Below, one piece after another: positions 25,168 to 37,824 of a DNA stretch of 64,000 bases. The stretch is from contig NW_026948112.1 in assembly GCF_963921235.1 (NCBI RefSeq), forward strand, positions 1 to 64,000, given 5' to 3'. Below the pieces are notes generated by a model, which had not been told where the DNA came from, searched no databases, and saw only the letters and a list, made by a program, of their open reading frames with translations. The DNA comes from Mobula hypostoma (Eukaryota). The position numbers and the translations under genes were made by a program. Numbering within the stretch: position 1 is the stretch's first letter; each line of letters begins with the position of its first letter.

Positions 25168-28100
25168 TTTGAATTCAATTTTTCATCGGCGTTCAGAGAG
25201 GCGGGACTGCGCAGGCGTGTGACGTCTGACAGTGAAGCGCGGAAGATTTAAAAGGAACAGAGCCTTATACAGCGAGCAGCGTCGTTTTGCGGGCTGCGAG
25301 TGGGACGGGAGCCGAGTGAAGGCTTAAGGGCTTTGGCGGAAACAGGAGAGGCGAGGAAGGTTTGGTATTCATTTTTTGTTGTTATTTGAGGAGATGGGTA
25401 AGTATGAGTGTGAAGGCAGTCTGTTGTTCTCAGTGCCGGATGTGGGAGGTCCTGGAGTCTCCCAGCCTCCCAGCCTCCCAGCCTCCCGGACGTCCACATC
25501 TGCGCCAGGTGCGCCGAGATGCATCTCCTAAGAGACCGCGTTAGGTAACTGGAGCTGCAGCTCGAAGAACTTCGTCTGGTCAGGGAGAATGAGGAGTTGA
25601 TAGAGAGGAGTTACAGGCAGGTGGTCACACCTGGGCCACGGGTGGCAAACAAGTGGGTCACGGTTAGGAGGGGGAAGAGGAAGAGTCAGGTAATAGAGAG
25701 TACCCCAGTGGCTGTGCCCCTCGACAATAGGTAATCCTGTTTGAGTACTGTTGGGGCGGGGGGCAGTTTACCTGGGGGAAGCGACAGTGGCCGTGCCTCC
25801 GGCACAGAGTCCGGCCCTATAGCTCAGAAGGGTAGGGAAAGGAAGAGGAAGGCAGTAGTAATAGGGGAATCTATAGTTAGGGGGTCAATTGGCGATTCTG
25901 TGGACGCAGTCCAGAGACCCGGATGGTAGTTTGCCTCCCTGGTGCCAGGGTCCGGGATGTTTCTGATCGCGTCCAAGATATGCTGAAGTGGGAGGGAGAG
26001 GAGCCAGTGGTCTTGGTACACATAGGTACCAATAACAAAGGTAGGAAAGGGGGAGATGTCCTGAAAGGTGAAGATAAGGAGTTAGGAAATGAGTTGAGAA
26101 GAAGGACAGCAAAGGTAGTAATCTCGGGATTACTGCCTGTGCTACGCGACAGTGAGAGTAGGAATGCAATGAGGTGGGGGATAAATGCGTGGCTGACGGA
26201 TTGGAGCAGGGGACAGGGATTCAATTTTTGGATCATTGGGACCTCTTTTGGCGCAGGTGTGACCTGTACAAAAAGGACGGGTTACATTTCAATCCTAGGG
26301 GGACCAATATCCTGGCGGGGAGATTTGTGAGGGCTACTGAGTTGACTTTAAACTAGAATGGTTGGCGGGGGGGGGGATCAAATTAAAGAGACTAGGAGAC
26401 AGGAGGTTATTTCACAAAGAGAGAAAGCTAGTAGACAGTGTGTGAGGGAAGATAGGCAAGGGACAAAGATCAGGAGCACCAACAGCAAAGATGTAGGGGA
26501 CAAGGAAGAAAAAGATAACAAAGTTGTTTGCTCCATTAAGGATAAATGGAGAGTAAGAAGTGGAGAGTTTCTTAAATGCATCTATTTTAATGCTAGGAGC
26601 ATTGTAAGAAAGGTGGATGAGCTTAGAGCATGGATTGATACCTAGAATTATGATGTTGTAGCTGTTAGTGAAACGTGGTTGCAGGAGGGATGTGATTGAC
26701 AACTAAAGATTACAGGATTTCGTTGCTTCAGGTGTGATAGAATAGGAGGCGCAAGAGGGGGAGGTGTTGCATTGCTAGTCAGAGAAAATATAACAGCGAT
26801 GCTCTGGCAGGATATATTAGTGGACTCGTCTAGGGAGGCTATTTGGGCGGAATTGAGGAATAGGAAAGGTGTAGTGACGCTTATAGGGGTGTATTAAAGA
26901 CCATCTAATGGGGACCAAGAACTGGAGGAGCAAATTTGTAAGGAGATAATAGATATTTGTAGTAAGCACAAGGTTGTGATTGTGGGAGATTTTAATTTTC
27001 CACACATAGAGTGGGAAGCCCAGTCTGTAAAAGGGCTGAATGGTTTGGAGTTTGTCAAATGTGTGCAAGATAGTTTTTGCAGCAATACATGGAGGTACCA
27101 ACGAGAGAAGGGGCAGTGTTAGATCTCCTGGTAGGGAGTGAGATAGAGCAGGTGACGGAGTTATGTGTTGGGGAGCACTTCAGGTCCAGTGACCACAATA
27201 CCATTAGTTTCAATATAATTATGGAGAAGGATAGGACTGTACGCAGGGTCTGATTTTTGATTGGAGAAAGGCTAACTTTGAGGAGATGCGAAAGGACTTA
27301 GAAGGAGTGGATTGGGACAATTTGTTTTATGGGAAGGATGTAATAGAGAAATGGACGTCATTTAAAGGTGAAATTTTGAGAGTACAGGATCTTTATGTTC
27401 CTGTGAGGTTGAAAGAAAAGGTTAAAAGTTTGAGAGAGCCATGGATTTGAAGGGATACAGGAAACTTTGTTCGGTAAAAGAGAGGGACCTACAATTAATG
27501 TAGGCAGCTTGGAGCTAATGAGGTGCTCGAGGAATATAAAGAATGTAAAAAGAATCTTAAGGGAGAGAGAGCAGCGTGCCTGCGCATGCGCAGCGTCCGG
27601 TGAAAATGATATCGTATCTGTTAAATAGGGGCCATAGACAATTCTGATTTATGGAGAATGGACGTAAAAGCACAGAGGAACATCTGGAAAATTTCTGAAA
27701 CGCTCGTTCGCTGCTGTCGTTACTGCGTGGTCGGGAATCTTTCAGAGAGTAAGCCTCAAAATCCCTGGCTTTGCCTGCTGTTGGTGACCGAGGTTGAGGT
27801 CGAATCGTTCGGACAGAGGTGACGCTCAGTACTCGGTGTCGGAGAGCTGATCAGAGCTCGAGGTTTTCGCATGACTCAGAGTCGGACTGTGGTCGGCATG
27901 GCAGGGAGAGTTTTTCTTCCTTCTCTCGTCTGCGTGAGATGTGGGACATTTGAGAGACTTTGAACTTTTACTGTGCTCATGGACTTCTTCATCAAGTTAT
28001 GGTATTGTTGCACTGTTGTAACTATATGTTATAATTATGTGGTTTTGTCAGTTTTTTCAGTGTTGGTCTGTCCTGTGTTTTCTGATATCACACCGGAGGA

Positions 28101-29864
28101 AATATTGTATCATTTCTTTACTAAATGATAATAAAAGAGGACTACGTGTCTTCATAATCTAAGAAATTAGAAGAGCTAAAGGAAGATATGAGGTAGCTTT
28201 GGCAAGTAAGGTGAAAATAAATCCCGAGGGTTTCTACCGTTATATTAATAGCAAAATAATAGTTAACGATAAAATTGGTCCCGTAGAGAATCAGAGTGGA
28301 CAGCTATGTGAGGAGCCAAAATAGATGGGGGAGATTCTGAACAATTTCTTTTCTTCGGTATTCCCTAAGGAGAACAAAATTGAATTGTGCAAGATAAGGG
28401 AAACAGGTAGGGCAGTTATGGAAACTATGATGATTAAAGAAAAGGAAGTACTGGAGCTTTTAAGGAATATAAAAGTGGACAATTCTCCGGGACCTGACAG
28501 GATATTCCCTCGGACCTTGGGGGAAGTTAGTGTGGAAATAGCAGGGGCTCTGACAGAAATATTTCAAATGTCATTAGAAACGGGCATTGTGCCGGAGGAT
28601 TGGCATATTGCTCAAGTTGTTCCATTGCTTAAAAAGGGTTCTAAGAGTAATCCTAGCAATTATCGGCCTGTGAGTTTGACGTCAGTGGTGGGTAAATTAA
28701 TGGAAAGTATTCTTAGAAATGGTATATATAATTATCTGGATACACAGAGTGTGATTAGGAACAGTGAACATGGATTTGTGCGTGGGAAGTCATGTTTGAC
28801 AAATCTTATTGAAGTTTTTGAAGAGGTTACTGGGAAAGTTGACGAGAGTAAAGCGATGGATGTTGTCTATATGGACTTCAGTAAGGCCTTTGACAAGGTT
28901 CTACATTGAAGGTTAGTTAGGAAGGTCCAGACATAAGGTATTAATATTGAAGTAGTAAAATGGATTCAGCAGTGGCTGGATGGGAGACGCCAGAGAGTAG
29001 TGGTGGATAACTCTTTGTCGGATTGGAGGCCGGTGACTAGTGGTGTGCCTCAGGGATCTGTACTGTGTCCAATGTTGTTTGGCATATACACTAGTGATCT
29101 AAATGATGGGGTGGTAAATTGGATGAGTAAGTATGCAGATGATACTAAGACAAGTGGAATTGTGGATAATGACGTGGGTTTTCAAAACTTGCACATAGAT
29201 TTAGACCAGTTAGAAGAGTGGGCCGAAAGATGGTAGATGGAGTTTAATGCTGATAAATGTGAGGTGCTACATTTTGGTAGGACTAATCAAAATAGGACAT
29301 ACATGGTAAATGGTAGGGCATTGAAGAATGCAGTAGAACAGAGGGATCTGGGAATTATGGTGCATAGTTCCCTGAGGTTGGAATCTCATATGGATAGGAT
29401 GATGAAGAAAACTTTTGGTATACAGGCCTTTATAAATCAGACAATTGAGTATAGGAGTTTGGATGTAATGTTGAAATTGTACAAGGCATTGGTGAGGCCA
29501 AATTTGGACTATTGTGTACAGTTTTCGTCACCGAATTATAGGAAAAATGTCAACAAAATAGAGAGAGTACAGAGAAAATTTACTAGAATATTATCTGGCT
29601 TTCATCACCTGAGTTACAGAGAAAGGTTGCACAAATTGGGTCTTTATTCTCTGGAACGCAGAAGGTTGAGGTGAGACGATAGAGGTATTTAAAATTATGA
29701 AGGGCATAGATAGAGTTGACGTGGATAGGCTTTTTCCATTGAGAGTGGGGGAGATTCAAACAAGATGACATGAGTTGAGAGTTATGGGGCAAAAGTTTAG
29801 GGGTAACATGAGGGGGAACTTCTTTCCTCAGAGAGTGGTAGCTGTGTGGAACGAGCTTCTAGCA
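25168..29864 (+). mobile_element. Decayed CR1 with family-A 5' UTR/ORF1 and family-B ORF2; 3' end missing; interrupted at 27562-28160
   Basis: 5' UTR and ORF1 (MSVKAVCCSQC...) align with the reverse complement of 6417-7600. ORF2 pieces 26358-26645, 28325-28909, 29000-29236 and 29237-29674 match the ORF2 at 1-1347. Confidence 0.92.
27562..28160 (+). mobile_element. ~600-bp non-coding, non-autonomous retroelement inserted in CR1 ORF2
   Basis: CR1 codons KKNLK|KEIRRAK resume on either side. GC-rich 5' head, no long ORF, and a 3' end caccggaggaa...aaatgataataaa...aatct resembling Rex1/L2-group tails. Confidence 0.7.
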
Positions 29865-30930
29865 GGGATCCTATTCTGGGTGGCTGCCCGTTACCAGTGG
29901 TGCTCCACAAGGGTCCGTGTTGGGGCCGCTTCTTTTTACGTTGTGCATCAATGATTTGGATTATGGAATAGATGGCTTTGTGGCTAAGTTTGCTGATGAT
30001 ACGAAGATAGGTGGAGGGGCCGGTAGGTCTGAGGAAACAGAGAGTCTGCAGAGAGACTTGGATAGATTGGAAGAATGGGCAATGAAGTGGCAAATGAAAT
30101 ACAATGTTGGAAAGTGTATGGTTATGCACTTTGGCAGAAAAAATAAACGAGCAGACTATTATTTAAATGGGGAGAGAATTCAAAGTTCTGAGATGCAACG
30201 GGACTTGGGAGTCCTCGTGCAGGATACACTTAAGTTTAACCTCCAGGTTGAGTCAGTGGTGAAGAAGACGAACGCAATGTTGGCAGTCATTTCTAGAGGA
30301 ATTGAGTATAGGAGCAGGGATGTGATGTTGAGGCTTTATAAGGAGCTGGTGAGACCTCACTTGGAGTACTGTGGGCAGTTTTGGTCTCCTTATTTGAGAA
30401 AGGGTGTGCTGACGTTGGAGAGGGTACAGAGAAAATTCACTAGAATGATTCCGGGAATGGGAGGGTTAACATATGAGGAACGTTTGTCCGCCCTTAGACT
30501 GTATTCCTTGGAGTTCACAAGAATGAGGGGGGACCACATATAAACATTTCGAATGTTGAAAGACATGGACAAAGTGGATGTGACAATGTTGTTTCCCGTG
30601 ATCAGGGAGTCTAGTACGAGAGGGCATGATTTAAGGTTTGAAGAGCGCCCAGTCAAAACAGAGATGCGAAGAAATTTTTTTAGCCAGAGAGTGGTGAATC
30701 TATGGAATTTGTTGCCACGGGCGGCAGTGGAGGCTAAGTCATTGGGTGTATTTAAGGCAGAGATTGATAGGTATCTGAGTAGCCAGGGCATCAAAGGTTA
30801 TGATGAGGACGCGGGGGAGTGGGACTAAATGGGAGAATGGATCAGCTCATGATAAAATGGCAGAGCAGACTCGATGGGCCGAATGGCGGATTTCTGCTCC
30901 TTTGTCTTCCTGTCTTATGGTCTTATGGTC
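29865..30930 (+). mobile_element. 5'-truncated CR1 3' fragment (further subfamily), (TCTTATGG)n tail
   Basis: ORFs 29917-30543 (FADD) and 30553-30828; tail tcttatggtcttatgg. Confidence 0.9.
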
Positions 30931-31472
30931 ATATAACCATATAACCATATAACAATTACAGCACGGAAACAGGCCATCTCGGCCCTTCTAGTCCGTGCCG
31001 AACTCTTACTTTCACTTAGTTTCACCGACCTGCACTCAGCCCATAACCTTCCATTCCTTTCCTGTCCATATAGCTGTCCAGTTTAACTTTAAACGACAAC
31101 ATCGAACCTGCCTTAACCACTTCTGCTGAAAGCTCGTTCCACACGGCCACCACTCTCTGAGTAAAGAAGTTTCCCCTCATGTTACCCCTAAATTTTGCCC
31201 TTTAACTCTCATCTCATGTCCTCTTCTTTGAATCTCCCCCACTCTCAATGGAAAAAGCCTATCCACGTCAATTCTATCTATCCCTCTGATAATCTTAAAT
31301 ACCTCTATCAAGTCCCTTCTCAACCCTCTATGCTCCAAAGAATAAAGACCCAACTTGTTCAACCTTTCTCTGTAGCGTAGGCGATGAAACCCAGGTAACA
31401 TTCTAATAAACCTTCTCTGTATTCTCTCTATTTTGTTGACATCTTTCCTATAATTTGGTGACTAAAACTGTA
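30931..31472 (-). mobile_element. CR1 family-B 3' fragment, (TATATGGT)n tail, tail-to-tail with the preceding element
   Basis: ORF 31177-31401; plus strand atataaccatataaccatataac at 30931. Confidence 0.88.
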
Positions 31473-31526
31473 AAAAATGTCGAATCAGTGGTGGGAACAT
31501 GTTGATCTACGTTTCCTCCAGCAGTC

Positions 31527-31610
31527 AATCTATCCATTGATCTATCTATCCATCTGCCCATCTATCTATCTATCGATCAAACTATATATCTATTTGCATA
31601 TCTATATAGT
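31527..31610. repeat. Degenerate (ATCT)n microsatellite
   Basis: atctatcc...tctatctatctatc run. Confidence 0.7.
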
Positions 31611-31783
31611 TATTTCTTCATTCTTTCATTTGGTTGCGGGGTCTATTTATTTATTTACTTATTTGTTTATCAATCGTTCTGTTTTTCTCAACTCAGCTGG
31701 TAAAATATGAGATGTGGGAAAAGCCAGATGCACTCATTTGGCGGCTGCAAGGAAAGTTCATATATATACTGGAGTCATATATA

Positions 31784-33146
31784 TGCTGGAGTCAGTTATC
31801 AAAGATGTGATAACAGCACATTTAGAAAGCGGTGAAGTCATCGGACAAAGTCAGCATGGATTTGTGAAAGGAAAATCATGTCTGACGAATCTGAAAGAAT
31901 TTTTTGAGGATGTAACTAGTAGAGTGGATAGGGGAGAACCAGTGGATGTGGTATATTTGGATTTTCAAAAGGCTTTTGACAAGGTCCCACACAGGAGATT
32001 AGTGTGCAAACTTAAAGCACACGGTATTGGGGGTAAGGTATTGATGTGGATAGAGAATTGGTTAGCAGACAGGAAGCAAAGAGTGGGAATAAACGGAACC
32101 TTTTCAGAATGGCAGGCGGTGACTAGTAGGGTACCGCAAGGCTCAGTGCTGGGACCCCAGTTGTTTACAATATATATTAATGACTTGGATGAGGGAATTA
32201 AATGCAGCATCTCCAAGTTTGTGGATGACACGAAGCTGGGTGGCAATGTTAGCTGTGAGGATGATGCTAAGAGGATGCAGAGTGACTTGGATAGGTTGGG
32301 TGAGTGGGCAAATTCATGGCAGATGCAATTTAATGTGGATAAATGAAGTTATCCACTTTGGTGGCAAAAATAGGAAAACAGATTATTATCTGAATGGTGG
32401 CCGATTAGGAAAAGGGGAGGTGCAACGAGACCTGGGTGCCATTATACACCAGTCATTGAAAGTGGGCATGCAGGTACAGCAGGCGGTGAAAAAGGCGAAT
32501 GGTATGCTGGCATTTATAGCGAGAGGGTTCGAGTACAGGAGCAGAGAGGTACTACTGCAGTTGTACAAGGCCTTGGTGAGACCACACCTGGAGTATTGTG
32601 TGCAGTTTTGGTCCCCTAATCTGAGGAAAGACATCCTTGCCATAGAGGGAGTACAAAGAAGGTTCACCAGATTGATTCCTGGGATGGCAGGACTTTCATA
32701 TGAAGAAAGACTGGATGAATTGGGCTTGCACTCGTTGGAATTTAGAAGATTGAGGGGGGATCTGATTGAAACGTATAAAATCCTAAAGGGATTGGACAGG
32801 CTAGATGCAGGAAGATTGTTCCCGATGTTGGGGAAGTCCAGAATGAGGGGTCACAGTTTGAGGATAAAGGGGAAGGCTTTTAGGACCGAGATGAGGAAAA
32901 ACTTCTTCACACAGAGAGTGGTGAATCTGTGGAATACTCTGCCACAGGAAACAGTTGAGGCCAGTTCATTGGCTATATTTAAGAGGGAGTTAGATATGGC
33001 CCTTGTGGCTACGGGGATCAGGGGGTATGGAGGGAAGGCTGGGGCAGGGTTCTGAGTTGGATGATCAGCCATGATCATAATAAATGGCGGTGCAGGCTCG
33101 AAGGGCCGAATGGCCTACTCCTGCACCTATTTTCTATGTTTCTGTA
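31784..33146 (+). mobile_element. CR1 family-A 3' half (RT and tail)
   Basis: ORFs 31714-32346 and 32180-33055 are nearly identical to the C-terminal half of 56093-58897. Confidence 0.94.
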
Positions 33147-33805
33147 TACTTGTGTGTGTGCGTGTGTGTGTGTTTATATTTACAATCTATTTATAATCTA
33201 TCAATCTATTTACCTATTATCTATTTACTGTATTTATTTATTGCTTCAGGCTCCAGCAGCAACAGCGTCTTCTAACTGCATAGTATTCTCGCTTTTCTAT
33301 GAGCATGTTTTTTTTTCATGTTGAGATACATCATGAGTAATATTGAATCTGAATATTTTATCAATAATGTTTCCGTAATGACAGAGTTCTGTCCATTCAC
33401 TGCAGTGAGGTGCTAAGCGGGCAGCAACTTTCCTCTATCATATCGATGTTAAAATCAGTACGTAAATCACTCGAGGACGTCCATTCACTATTTCGCATCA
33501 ATCAAAGTTTTGCTGCTGGTTTTTGGCTCAATGCTGTGTAGTTTTTGTGCATCCATGTCTGCTACAATGCTTGCTCCGAAGGAGATCACGCATCGCATGT
33601 TGACTAAAGTGCTTTGGAATAAGCTGAGGGCTTCAACGCAGCGCTTCATATGCAGATGTCTGGTGATTTTATCGTCACACGTTCGTTTAGAGATTAAAGA
33701 CTCTTACTAGCCAACTGGACATACGATACACAGTTTTTAGGTCCACATAGTTTAAACACTTACTATTTTAATGTTATTCTACCACTGGGTCTTTCTTCTC
33801 CCCAG

Positions 33806-33938
33806 TAAACCTGATAGCAATTGTCATTCTCTGTCGAGAAAAAAACGGTTTCTCCAAATGTATCACTCGATACCTCGGGCGATGACAGCGGCGGATCTCA
33901 TGGTGGTGATTATCGAAGTGCTAATGTATCAGATAAAA
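33806..33938 (+). pseudogene. Truncated exon-2 stump of a paralogous GPR139/142-like GPCR
   Basis: Acceptor CTTTCTTCTCCCCAG| then (V)NLIAIVILCREKNGFSKCITRYL/AMTAADLMVVIIEVLMYQI with one frameshift. Same intron phase as 23551. Confidence 0.8.
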
Positions 33939-34189
33939 TCAAAATTATTAGATCTATCCATTCATAATCAGCCGAGCAGTGAAGTGTGTGCTGGGGTGGG
34001 GAGGGGGAGGGGATACGGAAAGGGCAGAAGAGAACAGAGAGGGAGAGAAAGTGTAGGAGAGGAGAGTGGAAAGAGGCAGTGTTAGAATGTGTCGGGAAAT
34101 GGGGTGGGGAGTTAAAGGAGACGTTAGAATTGGACGGGGGAACGAGGAAGGGAGATGGAAGGTTATGCTGAGAGTATGGGGAGGGCTGG

Positions 34190-34650
34190 GGAGGATGGAG
34201 TCCATAAAGAAGGTCAGCGCACTGTGGAGAGAGAAAAGTGCGAAGTGATTCACCTTGGGAGGACAAATTTGAAGGCAGAATACAGGTTAATGGCAGGACT
34301 GTTAGCAGTGTGGTAGAGAGGATGGATGATGGGGTCCACATTCAAAGTTCCCTCAAAGCGTCTTTGCAAGTTGATAGGGTGGTTAAGAAGGCGTATTGGG
34401 TGTTGCCTTCATTAGTCAGGGGCTTGAGTTAAAATGCCGCGAGGTGTTGTTGTAACTTTAAAACCCTGCTCAGACTACACTTAGAATATTCTGTTCAGTT
34501 CTGAGCTCCTCGTTATAGAAAGGATATGGAAACTTTCTAGAGTGTGCAGAGGATGTTTACCATGATGCTGCCTGGATAAGATATTCCGTACGTCCTTTAT
34601 GGAGAGATGAGGATGACAGCTGACTTGATAGAATTGTGCAAGATACGTCT
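34190..34650 (+). mobile_element. Degenerate CR1 ORF2 3' relic
   Basis: KCEVIH...VHIQSSLKASLQVDRVVKKAY-like translation. Confidence 0.7.
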
Positions 34651-34659
34651 CTACCCAAG

Positions 34660-35000
34660 GAAGTATAAGGCACGTATTCCTTCTCTAGCCTGCATGACAA
34701 CCTACGACGAGATGTAGCACTTGCAAAGCCGCACTAACCCACCCCCTAACCCCGCAAATCAGGGTCACGTGGAGCTACAGGAGCAGATGGTGGATGGTCG
34801 TATGGGCAGCCGAAGCAGGTCATAAGTTCTGCTCAAGTTCTGCTCACTGATACCAGACAGGCAATATCTGAAGATTATTGACACTGGCAGGAATCGCCCA
34901 TCTTGTAAAGACACTGTCTGGGAGAAGACAATAAAAAAACACTTCAGCTGAAAAATTTGCAGAACAATCATGGTCGTGGAAAGACCATGATCACCTATAT
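34660..35000 (+). mobile_element. Old SINE-like relic with an RTE-type 3' end
   Basis: gaaaaatttgcagaacaatcatggtcgtggaaagaccatgatc hairpin-containing tail; recognised by resemblance only. Confidence 0.4.
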
Positions 35001-35469
35001 CAGAGCAAAGAAAGGAATATAAGCTCGGACCTTGTTCGTGCAAGTGGTTTAGATGGGGCATCTAGGTGGGTTTCTTAAATTGATATGTATATTGTCCAAC
35101 AAGACAGAAGCTGTACTGGATCTAGCGTTGGGTGATGAACGTGGCCAGCTGGCCGATCCTTTCAGAACAAACAGTTAAAACAACTCCTTAAGTTTTAAGT
35201 TAGCTACAGATAAGGATAAGCATTGACCTTGTGAAAGGTTACCCCAAATCTGGGATTTCTAAAGGGGAGGATGGGGAAGATGGAGTGGTGAGGGAAGGCG
35301 GGTGGTAGGTGGGGGAGGAGGCAGAAGGCGGGAGGGGTGGGGTAGGCTAAGTATGTCTCATGAGACTAACGGATACCTATAAAAATAAAATACGTAAGCA
35401 ATAAGTATTAGGAACATGAAATGGGGGGGGGGGTTCTTGAAAGTGAGTCAATTGGTTGTAGGAAATTTT

Positions 35470-36130
35470 CAATGATGGGGTAAGTGAAGTAATTCTCTTT
35501 GGTTCAAGAGCCCGATGTTTGAGGGGCAATAAGTGTTCCTGAATCTGGTGCTGTGAGTCCTGGGGCTTTTTCATCTTCTTCTTGATGCAACAGCAAGAAG
35601 AGAGCAGGGACTGTATGGTGGGGTTCTCTGATGATGGCTGATGCTTTTCTGCTACAATGGTTCATGTAGATCCGCTCAGTAGTGAGTGGGACTTTATTTG
35701 TGATGGATGGGGCCGTATCCATTACATTTTGTGTGACTTTCCGTTCAAAGGAAATGGTGTTCCATACCAGGCTGTGATGTAGCCAGCCAATGCGCTCTCC
35801 ACTATACATCTATAGAAGTTTGTCAAGGTTTGAGATGTTATGCCAAATCTTCGCAAACACTTATGGAAGTATAAGCTCTTGTGTGCTTCCTAGGTAACTG
35901 CATTTACATGCTGGGCTCAGGACAGTTCTTCCAAATAATAACGCCGGATAATTTGAAGTTGCTGACTCTCTCCATCTCTGATCCTCCGAGGGGGATTGGC
36001 TCATGGACCTCTGGTTTCCTCCTTCAGAAGTCAAAAATCAGCTCCTTGGACTGGCTGATACTGAGTGAGTCGTGGCATTACACAGTCAGATTTTCAATCT
36101 GCTTCCCATATGCTGATTCGTTACCACCTT
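35470..36130 (-). mobile_element. Rex1/Babar-clade LINE RT C-terminal relic
   Basis: ERKVTQNVMDTAPSIT...CSRKASAIIREPHH..ALFLLL matches the Rex1 'LQRVV..A..IT...KA..II.DP.HP...LF.LLPSG' block. Confidence 0.75.
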
Positions 36131-36634
36131 GGATATAATAAGCTTAATTATTGCAATATTAATCGTCCGTTCAACCAACGAAAAATTGGCATGTGCCTTC
36201 GTGCGCAGTCATTAGATTGCTATACTTTAAGTCAATTGTCGGAGATTTGATTTTGAACGTAGTGGGCGCGTAGACCACTCGGCTCCTCAAACCCGCTACC
36301 CCTGACAGTAACCTGACTTAAAGTTAGTTTGTCACATTTGCACTTCCATCCGGCATTCAGCACGCCCAGCTCCATACAGCTATTCACCCCCACGTTCATC
36401 AATCATCTGGCCCTTGAATGTAATCGAAAACTTTGCTTTCATTGGCCATTGTGAAAAATTACAAATACTCACGATCTACCCAGAATATATATAGGTGACA
36501 TTTTGAAAACAGAGCAGGCTTTGGCTATTCCCCAAGAATATTCTGACACTGTTGATGTTTTCAAGTCGCGTCTTTCAGCTAGCCGCGATCATTGCTCCAC
36601 TCGAGCCCTCACGGAGATATTTCGTAACCATGGC

Positions 36635-36750
36635 AATACACAAAATACTGCAAGAATTTCGGTAAGTCAGGCAGTATCCATGCAGGAAGTGAACAGTCGA
36701 TGTTTCAGTCCGATAGCTTTCATGGGGACTGGGAATGAAGGGGGAAGGAG
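36635..36750 (-). mobile_element. Degenerate Penelope-like terminal-repeat relic (hammerhead decayed)
   Basis: gtcaggcagtatcc...cagtcgatgtttcagtccgatagctttcatggggact aligns with 44440-44510. Confidence 0.6.
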
Positions 36751-36796
36751 GACAAATGATTCATTAATTTGGCAGGTGCAGGTTGTTGTTCTGTGA

Positions 36797-37385
36797 ATAG
36801 AACATAGAACAGTACAGCATAGTACAGGCCCTTCGGCGCACAATGTTGTGCCGAACCTCAAACCCTGCCTCCCATATAAGCCCCCACCTTAAATTCCTCC
36901 ATATACCTGTCTAGTAGTCTCTTAAACTTCACTGGTGTATCTGCCTCCACCACTGACTCAGACAGTGCATTCCACGCACCAGCCACTCTCTGAGTTAAAA
37001 ACCTTCCTCTAATATCCCCCTTGAACTTCCCACCCCTTACCTTAAAGCCATGCCCACTTGTATTTAACAGTGGTGACCTAGGGAAGAGGCGCTGGCTATC
37101 CACTCTATCTATTCATGTTATTATCTTGTACGCCTCTATCATGTATCCTCTCATCCTCCTTCTCTCCAAAGAGTAAAGCCCTAGCTCCCGTATTCTCTGA
37201 TCATAATGCATACTCTCTAAACCAGGCAGCATCCTGGTAAATCTCTTCTGTACCCTTCCCAATGCTTCCACATCCTTCCTACAGTGAGGTGACCAGAACC
37301 GGACACAGTACTCCAAGTGTGGCCTAACCAGAGTTTTATAGAGCTGCATCATTACATCGCGGAGCTGCATCATTATATCGCGAAT
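36797..37385 (-). mobile_element. CR1 family-F 3' fragment with a 21-bp tandem duplication at its 5' junction
   Basis: ORFs 36858-37103 and 37113-37424; gagctgcatcattacatcgcg twice at 37341-37382. Confidence 0.9.
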
Positions 37386-37824
37386 CTTTGAGTCCAACGC
37401 CTGGCTCCGTTTCCAAAATGTCATCTATATATATATATAACTCTGAGCTCAGGGTCTGTGTGTAATAAGCTGCGTGTCCGAGCACATTTCTTAGAACAGG
37501 GAGCGGCTTTCCAACTGAAATCAGGTCTAGTTGGTTCCTAAAAACACTAACGCTTTAATATTCTATTTAACCATTTCTGCTGCACGAACGACTATTTCAT
37601 ACTGTAACGTAATGTTTTAAAAATACCTAGTGTTTAATTTATATTACACTCCAATCATCTGCTATTTCCTCAACAAAATATTCTTCACTATTCCTTGGAA
37701 GTAAATCAGTCCACTGCATCTCATTAACAGCATTCTTTAACATAAAAAAAAATTATCTAGAGTACGGAGCCTGCAAACCTCTCAGTTACAATTACCACTT
37801 ACAATCTAAATGCTGTAGATGTAA

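Noticed and set aside
36579..36661. Apparent 83-bp exon (TTTCAG|...|GTAAGT) with an RYFVTMA peptide resembling the GPCR
   Set aside because: The donor lies inside a Penelope-like relic and the peptide similarity is too short.
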